Positions 37,529 to 45,601 of a stretch of DNA of 64,000 nucleotides are shown here, piece after piece; positions within the stretch are counted from its first letter, which is position 1; the number at the start of each line of letters is the position of its first letter. This DNA is from Acidimicrobiales bacterium (GTDB lineage: Bacteria; Actinomycetota; Acidimicrobiia; Acidimicrobiales; GCA-2861595): positions 3,194-67,193 of the forward strand of contig DATAIT010000086.1 in the NCBI GenBank assembly GCA_036262515.1. Reading direction: 5' to 3'. The notes below the pieces were generated by a model that saw nothing but the letters and a program-made list of their open reading frames with translations, had not been told where the DNA came from and ran no database searches. The position numbers were made by a program, and so were the translations under genes.

Positions 37529-38349
37529 AGCTCTTCCGCCAACCGGCCCTCCAGGCGGCCGAACAGGTACAGGCCGCCACCGAACACCGCCACCGACGTC
37601 ACGATCAGATAGGCGAGCATGCCCAACGGCGGCATCCGCAGGTCGTAGAGCAGGTCGCGGAACGACTCGACGAAACCGACCATCGGGTTCAGCTCGAGCA
37701 GGGCCCGGGTGGGGAGGTTGTGCCCGAAGATCACGGCGTGGGGCGGCACGAGGTCGATGGGGTACACGATCGGCGTCAGGTAGAACCACACCTGGAACAG
37801 GATGTTCACCAGGTGCTGGACGTCGCGGAAATAGACGTTGAGCACGCTGAAGGCCATCCCGAACCCGAGCGTGAACAGGGTGAGCAGCGCCACCAGCAGC
37901 AGGGCCACCGGGAGGTAGGGGAGGACGACGTTGCCGAAGAGCAGCAGGGCCACCGAGAGGAGCCCGATCTCGATGAGAAAGGAGACGACGCACGAGGCGA
38001 CCAACGACCCCACCAGCAGCTCGCGGGGGAAGTACGTCTTCTTCACCAGGTTGGCGTTGCCGATGAGCGTGCCGATGGAGCCCATGACGCCGGCGACCAG
38101 GTAGTTCCACGCCAGCAGGCCGCACATCAGGTAGAAGGCGAAGTTCTTCAGCCCGCTCGGCTCCCCCTTGGGCGCCTGGATCTTGAGGAAGAACCGGAAG
38201 ACCAGGGTGAAGATGAGCATGGTCGCCAAGGGGTTGAGCAGCGACCACGCCCAGCCGAGCAGCGAGCGCTTGTACTTCGCCCGCAGCTCGCGCAACGTGA
38301 GGTTGCCCATCAGCTCCCGGGACGCGGCGTACTCGGCGAGCGTGGTCAC
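37525..38349 (-). CDS. wzm: ABC-2 type polysaccharide exporter permease
   Basis: 274 aa. N-terminus LRELRAKYKRSLLGWAWSLLNPL is typical of Wzm/TagG. Six hydrophobic helices. GGAGG lies 7 nt upstream of GTG 38349. Confidence 0.92.
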   Translation of the reverse strand: MTTLAEYAASRELMGNLTLRELRAKYKRSLLGWAWSLLNPLATMLIFTLVFRFFLKIQAPKGEPSGLKNFAFYLMCGLLAWNYLVAGVMGSIGTLIGNANLVKKTYFPRELLVGSLVASCVVSFLIEIGLLSVALLLFGNVVLPYLPVALLLVALLTLFTLGFGMAFSVLNVYFRDVQHLVNILFQVWFYLTPIVYPIDLVPPHAVIFGHNLPTRALLELNPMVGFVESFRDLLYDLRMPPLGMLAYLIVTSVAVFGGGLYLFGRLEGRLAEEL

Positions 38350-38538
38350 ACGACACCTCCGGGCACGGGAGCACGATACGCGCCCGCATGGGTGTGGGCG
38401 ACATCATCCGGGCCTGCGCGCGCACGGGGCGGCGGGGAGCCGTTCGCGTCCGGGATCGGCGAAGAGCGGCCGCCTATGCTGCACGCGTTCCAGCAGTCTC
38501 CGCCCAGGAGCCGGCCACCCGGCGGAAGCGAGCCGTCG
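38350..38538. promoter_or_regulatory. Divergent intergenic control region between the two arms of the glycan locus
   Basis: 189-bp non-coding gap between divergent starts (wzm GTG 38349, arm-B methyltransferase ATG 38539). Promoters are inferred from gene arrangement only. A TATGCT hexamer at 38475-38480 is a weak -10 candidate. Confidence 0.4.
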
Positions 38539-40785
38539 ATGAAGTACGAGGCGAAGGTCGACCTCCGGAACGCGAATACCAGCCACGCCCTCCTCGTGGA
38601 GCTGGTGGGCCGGGACAAGCGGGTCCTCGACGTCGGCTGCGCGAGCGGCTACCTGGGCGAGGCGCTGAAGGCCCGCGGTTGCACCGTCGTGGGCGTGGAG
38701 ACCGACGAGGAGGCGGCTGAGGCGGCCAAGGGCGTGCTCGACGAGGTCGTGGTGGGCGACATCGGCGCCATCGACGTGGTCGCCCGGTTCGGTGCCGGGA
38801 GGTTCGACGCCATCGTCTTCGGCGACGTGCTGGAGCACGTCGTCGACCCCGAGGGGGTGCTCCGTGCCGTCCGCCCGCTGCTGGCACCGGGCGGCTTCGT
38901 GGTCGCGTCGATCCCCAACGTCGCCCACGGATCCGTGCGCCTGTCACTGATGAGCGGGCGCTTCGAGTACCGGCCCCTCGGCCTCCTCGACGAGACGCAC
39001 GTCCGGTTCTTCACCCGGACCTCGCTGCACGCCCTGCTGGCCGACGCCGGCTTCGTGCCGACCGACGTGCGCAGGACGACGGCGGGGGTCTTCGAGACGG
39101 AGGTGTCCGCCCGCCGGGAGGATTACGACGCCAAGGTCGTCGACGCCGTCGAGGACGATCCCGACGCCACCACGTACCAGTTCGTGGTGAAGGCCTTCCC
39201 GGAGGACAGCTCCGAGATCGACGCCGTGGCGCCAACGCCGCCACCCGCTCCGGCGGCCCGGTGCCGGGTGGGTCTGTGGGCCGCCTGCCCCCCGAATGCG
39301 CTCCGCGACGCGCTGCTCCTGCGCATCACCCGCCACGAGCTCGAACGGCGGCTCCCCCATGCCGCCTTCCGGACCTTCACCTGGCGCGGCTACCAGGAAC
39401 CCACCCCGCACGCCGGAGGGGAGCACGTCGAGCCGTTGTCCGACCTGGCCGCCGACCGCCTCGACCTCCTGGCCGACCAGCTCGACTGCGTGGTGGTCAC
39501 CGGCGACGTCGACTGCGGGGACGCCACGGACGCCGGCGCGGCCTCGCCGTTCCTGCGCGAGGAGCTCGGCAGCGACCACGACGTGGACTGTCCGGTGCTG
39601 TGGAGCGCGGTGCGCCTGCGCGGCAGCAGCGCCGGCGCAGCCGCCGCCTCCGCCAGCAACCGGGCCTGGGCGACCGTCGTCGACGAGGTCGGCGCCGGCG
39701 CGGAGCGGGGCGAGGGAGACGCCGCTCCGGTCCCCGACCCGCTGGTGCTCGCCGCCCGTCTCCTCGCGCCGGACGCGCTGCGTCGCCGGCTCGAGTTCCT
39801 CCGGGTGATGGGGTGGTATCCCCAGGACGGAGCGGCCGTCGCCGTCGAAGCAGCCGGCTCGATGGCCGGCCACATCGCCGCCATCGGGGCCGCCCTCGAC
39901 ACGCTGCTCGCCGAGCGACCGGGTTCGAGCGTCGTCATCGTCCAGCTCGACCCCGCCGACGCGGCGGCGGGGCGGGTGGCGGACGACCTGTCCGCCACCC
40001 TGCGGTTCCCGGCCTTCCGGGTGCCGGCCGACGCGCCCGTCGACGACGTGGTGGCGGCGATGGCCCACGCCACGGTCATCGCCGCGTCGTCCTCCTCCGC
40101 CGTCTCCCTGGCCCTCGCCTTCGCCCGACCGCACGCCGCGCTCGACCTCGGCGCGGATCACGGCGTCGCCGCCCTCGCCCGCTCCCTCGGGAATCTCGAC
40201 GGAGTCGTCACCCGGCCCGGTGAGCTGTCCGAGCTGCTGCAGGAGCGCCGATTCCGCCCGCTGCCCGCCCCCGCCGGCCTGATGGCCCGCCTCGACGTCG
40301 ACTTCGACCGGATCGCCGCCATCGCCGACGGCGCGGCGGCCGCCCGACCCCGGACCACGGAGATCGGACCGGTGCTCCCCGCACCCGAGTACGTCGCCGC
40401 CCTCGAGGTGGCACACACACGGATGCGCCAGCGCCTCGACGCCGAGCACAGCGCGGTGGCCGACCACCTCGTCGCCCTCGAGCGCGAGCACGTGCGCCGC
40501 CTGGCCGCGCTGCAGGACGACCTCGACGCCTCGGACGCGTCAGCCGCCGCCGAGCGGGCGCGGGCGGACGTCCTCCAGGCCCGGGTCGACACGGTCGAGC
40601 AGGAGCTCACCCGCATGGACGCGCAGGCGGAGCAGCTGGGCCGGCTGGAGCAGGAGATCCGCCGGCTCCGGGCCATCGAGGACCGGCTGGCGGCCGACCT
40701 GGAGGCCCTCAGCAACATCCGCACCTTGCGCCTGATCCGCCCGGTGCGGGCGTTCTACGCGCGCCTTCGCGGCAGCCGTTTGTGA
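38539..40785 (+). CDS. Paralogue of the methyltransferase/coiled-coil terminator candidate (arm B)
   Basis: MKYEAKVDLRNANTSHALLVELVGRDKRVLDVGCASG closely matches the arm-A protein. C-terminal coiled coil and tail LRLIRPVRAFYARLRGSRL. The 273-codon track extension was rejected. Confidence 0.85.
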   Translation: MKYEAKVDLRNANTSHALLVELVGRDKRVLDVGCASGYLGEALKARGCTVVGVETDEEAAEAAKGVLDEVVVGDIGAIDVVARFGAGRFDAIVFGDVLEHVVDPEGVLRAVRPLLAPGGFVVASIPNVAHGSVRLSLMSGRFEYRPLGLLDETHVRFFTRTSLHALLADAGFVPTDVRRTTAGVFETEVSARREDYDAKVVDAVEDDPDATTYQFVVKAFPEDSSEIDAVAPTPPPAPAARCRVGLWAACPPNALRDALLLRITRHELERRLPHAAFRTFTWRGYQEPTPHAGGEHVEPLSDLAADRLDLLADQLDCVVVTGDVDCGDATDAGAASPFLREELGSDHDVDCPVLWSAVRLRGSSAGAAAASASNRAWATVVDEVGAGAERGEGDAAPVPDPLVLAARLLAPDALRRRLEFLRVMGWYPQDGAAVAVEAAGSMAGHIAAIGAALDTLLAERPGSSVVIVQLDPADAAAGRVADDLSATLRFPAFRVPADAPVDDVVAAMAHATVIAASSSSAVSLALAFARPHAALDLGADHGVAALARSLGNLDGVVTRPGELSELLQERRFRPLPAPAGLMARLDVDFDRIAAIADGAAAARPRTTEIGPVLPAPEYVAALEVAHTRMRQRLDAEHSAVADHLVALEREHVRRLAALQDDLDASDASAAAERARADVLQARVDTVEQELTRMDAQAEQLGRLEQEIRRLRAIEDRLAADLEALSNIRTLRLIRPVRAFYARLRGSRL

Positions 40786-43700
40786 CCGACGTCGACCAGC
40801 AGGCCTCACCGCCGGGCGCGTCGATCGTCGTCGTCGTCCCCCCGGCCGCCTCCGGCGTCTCCGTCGACGGCACGCTCGACGCCGCCCGCCGGCACTCCGG
40901 CGCGGGGACCGAGGTCATCGTCGTCGTGAACGGTGCGGCAGGCCCGATGGCGGCCCGCCACCGCCCGGACATCCGCGTCGTCGCCCTCGAGCGGACCGTG
41001 CCCTTCGCAGCCGCCGCCAACCAGGGAGCGGCCGCGGCGGCCGGGGGCGTCGTGTGCTTCCTGGACCACGGGACCACGGTGACGGAGGGGTGGCTCCCGC
41101 CCTTGGTCGCCGCCGCCGCCGGGCTCGGATCAGCGGCGGCCGCCGTGCCTCGTGTCGTCTCCACCGCCGGCCGAGTCGTCGAGGCGGGCGCCGTCCTCCG
41201 GCGCGACGGCGGCGTGCAGGCGGTCGGCCGTGGCGACGTGGCCGCCGCCGTCGAGCACATGTTCACCCGCGAGATCGACGCCGGATCCGCCAGCTGCCTC
41301 TGTGTCCGCCGCGCCGCGTTCGTCGCCGCCGGCGGTTTCGAGCCTCGCCTCGACGACCTCGCAGCGGCCAGCACCGATCTCGTCCAGACCCTGCGTCATG
41401 CCGGGATGCGCTGCACCTACGAGCCGTCCTCGTCCGTGGTCGCCGGCGACAGCCGAGCACTCGACGTCCGTCCCCTCGTGCCGGCCGCATCGCCGGGGGG
41501 ACGGCTCCTGGCCGCCAGATGGGCGGCGTCGGTGCCGCCGGGCCGCCCGGCGGGCGCCGGCCCCGGTGGCCCGCTTCCCCATCACGCCCACGCGGCGCGC
41601 GACGCCGGCGCCACCGGCCGCACTCTGGTCGTGGCCGCCCGCGTGCCTCGTGCGCACGGCCCACTGGCCGAGCGACGGGTCGCGCAGCTGCTCGAGGACC
41701 TGGCCGCCCTGCGGCCGGGCGTCCGCCTCACGTTGCTCGCCGTCGACGGCCACCGAGCCGCCGAGCGGGCCCCGCGCCTGCTCGCCCGCGGCATCGAGGT
41801 CGTGGCCGGGCCGCAGGACTGGGACGACTGGTTCGACCGCCGGCTCCTGCTGTTCTCCAACGTGGTGTTCACCGACCTGCGCAGCGCCCGAGGAATCGAA
41901 CCCCGTGTGTGGAGGACGCAGCCGCAGGCGCGGAAGGTGCTCGACCTTTCGTCCTTCGACTTCCGCGACGTCGCCGCCCTGGAACCCTCGGTGGGTCCGC
42001 AGGAGATCGGCGGGTTCCGGTTCGTGGCCGAGCGCTCGGGTCAGCGCTTCGCCGAGCGCGTCGGGCGGTTCGACGCGCTCTGGTGCGCGACCCGCCGGGA
42101 CAAGGAGTGGCTGGCCGGGTTGGTCCCTCCCGGCACGCCGTGCGCGGCGGTGCCGGTGGCGGCCCGCCCGGGCGGCCACATGGGGTTCGGCTCCCGCTCG
42201 GGTTTCGTCCTCCTGGCCGGATGCGGGTCCGACGTGCTCATGGGACACGAGGACGCCGCCGCCGACACCGTGGCCCGCGTGCTCCCGGGCCTGGTGGCGC
42301 GGGACCCGGCGGCCGTGCTCAGGCTGGTGGTCGACGAACCGTCGCCCGCCGTGCAGCTCCTCGAGAGCGACCATGTCGAGCTGGTCGCCGCCGGCTCGGA
42401 CCCGGCCCGGTGGTTCCGCACGGCGCGGGCGTGCGTCGGGTCCTACCCGCTCGGGACCGGGTGGCGCGAGGCACTCGCCCTCTGCGTCGACACGGGCACG
42501 CCGTTCGTGGCCGCCCTCACCCCGGCCGCCAGGCGGGAAGCCGGCACGCCGGCGCACGTCTTCGTGACCGACGATCCGGCCTCGGCGGCGGCGCGTGCGA
42601 GTCGGCTGCACGCCGATCGACGGGAGTGGGAGGACGCCTCCACCAGGCTCCGCCGGTTCGCAGAGGGACCGGGCTCGCGCGCGGCGGCCCGTTCCGCCCT
42701 CGTGCGGGCCGTCGCCGACATCGGTGTCGCACCCGATCGCCAGGCGCCGCTGGAGCCGCCCGAGGACCTGGTCCCCGACGCGGCCGACGACCCCGCCGCC
42801 GGTGAGGGCGGCGGGTCGCCACGACCGCGGCCGAGGCGGGTGCCCGTCGTCGGCACGGCGGCACCCGCCTCCGTCGACGATGTGGCCCGCCCGCCCGACG
42901 AGCAGTACCGGCGCTGGTGCGAGCGGTCGGGCCCCACGCCGGGACGGCTGGCGGCCGTGGCCGAGCACGTGGCCCAGCTCGTCGATCCACCCCTGATCAG
43001 CGTCGTCATGCCGGTCTTCAACACCGAGCCGTCCTGGCTGGACGAGGCGATCCGGTCGGTGCGCGGGCAGCTCTACGACAACTGGGAGCTGTGCATCGGC
43101 GACGACGGTTCGAGCCGCCCGGAGACGGCGGCCGTGCTCGAGGCCCACCTCGCCGGCGAGCCGCGCATCCGGCTCATCCGGTTGCCCGAGTCCCAAGGCA
43201 TCGTCGGTGCGTCGAACGCCGCCTTGTCGCTCGCCACCGGCGAGCTGGTCGCCTTCCTCGACCACGACGACGAGCTGAAGCCCCAGGCCCTCGCCATGGT
43301 GGCGCTGCGGCTCCGTGACGAGCCCGGCACCGACCTGCTGTACACCGACGAGGACAAGCGGGAACCCGACGGCCGCCTGGTGGAGCCGTTCTTCAAGCCC
43401 GACTGGTCGCCGGACCACCTCATGTCGCGGAACTACGTCTGCCACCTCCTCGTCGTCCGGCGGGCGCTGCTCGACAAGCTGGGCGGGTTCCGTCCCGGCT
43501 ACGACGGCAGCCAGGACTACGACCTGGTGCTCCGGGCCACCGAACTGACCGATGGCATCGCCCACATCCCCGAGCCGCTGTACACCTGGCGCAAGGTCGC
43601 CGGCTCCACCGCAGCCGAGGCGGACGCCAAGCCATGGGCCCTCGATGCGGCGCGGCGGGCGCTGGCCGATGCGCTCTTGCGGCGCAACACCCCGGGCGCC

Positions 43701-44525
43701 GTCGCCGACGGCCTGCACCCGACCACCTACAGGGTCCGCTATGCGTTGCGGGGCGCCCCCAAGGTCTCGATCGTGATCCCCACGCGCGACCGGGGCGCCA
43801 TGCTCCGAACCTGCATCGACAGCATCGTGGAACGCTCCACGTACACGAACTACGAGCTCATCGTGGTCGACAACCAGAGCGAGGATCCCGAGACCCTCGG
43901 CTATCTCGGCGCCGTGCCTGGGCTGGTCCTCCGCTACCCCTTCCGGTTCAACTACTCGCGCATGATGAACATGGCGTGCTCGGAGGCCGACGGCGACCTG
44001 CTGCTCCTCCTCAACAACGACACCGTCGTGCGCTCTCCCGACTGGATCGAGGCCCTCGCCGAGCACGCCCAGCGCGCCGAAGTGGGCATCGTCGGTGCCC
44101 GTCTGCTCTACCCCTCGGGGCGGCCGCAGCATGAGGGAATCATCACCGGCTACGCCGGAGGCCACGCCGGCAACGTCGACCACGGCGGCTACTGGGGCCT
44201 GGGTGACGTCGTGCGCAACTGCACCGCTGTGACCGGCGCGTGCACCATGGTGCGGCCCGCTGTCTATTGGGCCATCGGCGGCCACGACGAGCGCCTGCGC
44301 GTCGCCTTCAACGACGTGGACCTGTGCCTTCGTGCCCGCCAGGCGGGCTACGACGTCGTGTACACGCCGTACGCCGAGCTGAGTCACATCGAGGGCGGCA
44401 CGCGGGGCGTCCACGCCCACGTCGACGACGACGCGATGTTCGAAGGTCGCTGGGCGACGGACCGGTGCGTGGACCGCTTCTACAGCCCCAACCTCAGCCG
44501 GCGGTGGCCGTTCCGCATCGTGTGA
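40782..44525 (+). CDS. 1247-aa multi-domain glycosyltransferase, paralogue of 30463..34116 (putative polymerase, arm B)
   Basis: GT2-A: ISVVMPVFNTE, IGDDGS, FLDHDDEL. GT2-B: SIVIPTRDR, VVDNQS, LLLNNDTVV. GTGA overlap with the upstream stop. Confidence 0.88.
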   Translation: MTDVDQQASPPGASIVVVVPPAASGVSVDGTLDAARRHSGAGTEVIVVVNGAAGPMAARHRPDIRVVALERTVPFAAAANQGAAAAAGGVVCFLDHGTTVTEGWLPPLVAAAAGLGSAAAAVPRVVSTAGRVVEAGAVLRRDGGVQAVGRGDVAAAVEHMFTREIDAGSASCLCVRRAAFVAAGGFEPRLDDLAAASTDLVQTLRHAGMRCTYEPSSSVVAGDSRALDVRPLVPAASPGGRLLAARWAASVPPGRPAGAGPGGPLPHHAHAARDAGATGRTLVVAARVPRAHGPLAERRVAQLLEDLAALRPGVRLTLLAVDGHRAAERAPRLLARGIEVVAGPQDWDDWFDRRLLLFSNVVFTDLRSARGIEPRVWRTQPQARKVLDLSSFDFRDVAALEPSVGPQEIGGFRFVAERSGQRFAERVGRFDALWCATRRDKEWLAGLVPPGTPCAAVPVAARPGGHMGFGSRSGFVLLAGCGSDVLMGHEDAAADTVARVLPGLVARDPAAVLRLVVDEPSPAVQLLESDHVELVAAGSDPARWFRTARACVGSYPLGTGWREALALCVDTGTPFVAALTPAARREAGTPAHVFVTDDPASAAARASRLHADRREWEDASTRLRRFAEGPGSRAAARSALVRAVADIGVAPDRQAPLEPPEDLVPDAADDPAAGEGGGSPRPRPRRVPVVGTAAPASVDDVARPPDEQYRRWCERSGPTPGRLAAVAEHVAQLVDPPLISVVMPVFNTEPSWLDEAIRSVRGQLYDNWELCIGDDGSSRPETAAVLEAHLAGEPRIRLIRLPESQGIVGASNAALSLATGELVAFLDHDDELKPQALAMVALRLRDEPGTDLLYTDEDKREPDGRLVEPFFKPDWSPDHLMSRNYVCHLLVVRRALLDKLGGFRPGYDGSQDYDLVLRATELTDGIAHIPEPLYTWRKVAGSTAAEADAKPWALDAARRALADALLRRNTPGAVADGLHPTTYRVRYALRGAPKVSIVIPTRDRGAMLRTCIDSIVERSTYTNYELIVVDNQSEDPETLGYLGAVPGLVLRYPFRFNYSRMMNMACSEADGDLLLLLNNDTVVRSPDWIEALAEHAQRAEVGIVGARLLYPSGRPQHEGIITGYAGGHAGNVDHGGYWGLGDVVRNCTAVTGACTMVRPAVYWAIGGHDERLRVAFNDVDLCLRARQAGYDVVYTPYAELSHIEGGTRGVHAHVDDDAMFEGRWATDRCVDRFYSPNLSRRWPFRIV

Positions 44526-44566
44526 CCTCCAGGAGCCGGCCAGGGCGCCGGTGTACTGTGCGCCCG

Positions 44567-45592
44567 ATGTCGGCGCCGCCACGGTCCCGAGAGGCGCAGC
44601 GCAGCCTCCTGGCGAGGCATCTGGCCGGCGACGGCATCGAACTGGGCCCGGGCCACGTCCCCTTCCCCGTGCCGTATCCCGGCATCCGCGTCCGCTACGT
44701 CGACCGCTGGCAGCCCGACGAGAACCGGGCGCTGTTCCGCGAGCTGGGCGACGAAGCCCCGTTTCCCATGCCCGACATCGTCTGCAACTTCGACACCGAC
44801 GGGCTCAGGCAGGTCGACGACGCCAGTCAGGACTTCGTCATCGCCAGCCACGTGCTGGAGCACGTGGCCAACCCGCTGTCGTTGCTCGACGAGATCCATC
44901 GGGTGCTGCGCCCCGGCGGCGTGGTGCTCCTGCTGCTTCCCGACCGGCGGCGCACGTTCGACCGCCGCCGGGCACCCACGCCACTCGCCCACGTCGTCGA
45001 CGAGCACCTGCGGGGCATCACCTCCGTGGACGACCACCACGTGGCGGACTTCCTCGTGGGCACCGACGTCCCCATCCCCGACGACGAGGGCGACCGCGTC
45101 GCCGTGTTCGACCTGCACCGCCGGCGTTCGATCCACGTGCACTGCTGGCAGGAGGACGAGTTCTTCGAGGTCCTCGAGCATGCCGTCGCCGAGCTGGCCC
45201 ACCGCTGGGAGCTCGTCGACGCGGTCCTCGCCGACGACGAGGGCGACGACGGGTTCGAGTTCGGCTACGTGCTCCGCCGGACAGCCGCGCTCGACGATGC
45301 CGGCGTCCTCGCCGAGCGGCTCCGCCTGTCGTGGCAGCGGTGGCTCGAGACCAGGTCGTGGTGGCACGGCTGCCTCGCCGCCGGCGGGTCGACGGCGCCC
45401 CCCGAACCTGCTGCCGCCTGCGAGCGGCCGGGCCCGGGGGAGCCGATCGACCTTTCCCTGCCCGCCGAGCCGCCACGGATCCCGACGCCCGCTCGGCCCG
45501 GCGGTCGCGGCGTGCTGGCCGACATCCGGCGCACCACCCGAACGCACGCGGCGACGATCGCCGAGCGGATCCGTCGAACGCCGAACGTCTGA
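44567..45592 (+). CDS. Class I SAM-dependent methyltransferase (third in the locus)
   Basis: GIELGPGH (motif I-like), QDFVIASHVLEHVANPLSLLDEIHRVLRPGGVVLLLLPD. Low-complexity C-terminal ~90 aa. Start at ATG 44567. Confidence 0.78.
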   Translation: MSAPPRSREAQRSLLARHLAGDGIELGPGHVPFPVPYPGIRVRYVDRWQPDENRALFRELGDEAPFPMPDIVCNFDTDGLRQVDDASQDFVIASHVLEHVANPLSLLDEIHRVLRPGGVVLLLLPDRRRTFDRRRAPTPLAHVVDEHLRGITSVDDHHVADFLVGTDVPIPDDEGDRVAVFDLHRRRSIHVHCWQEDEFFEVLEHAVAELAHRWELVDAVLADDEGDDGFEFGYVLRRTAALDDAGVLAERLRLSWQRWLETRSWWHGCLAAGGSTAPPEPAAACERPGPGEPIDLSLPAEPPRIPTPARPGGRGVLADIRRTTRTHAATIAERIRRTPNV

Positions 45593-45601
45593 AAGGACGC
45601 C

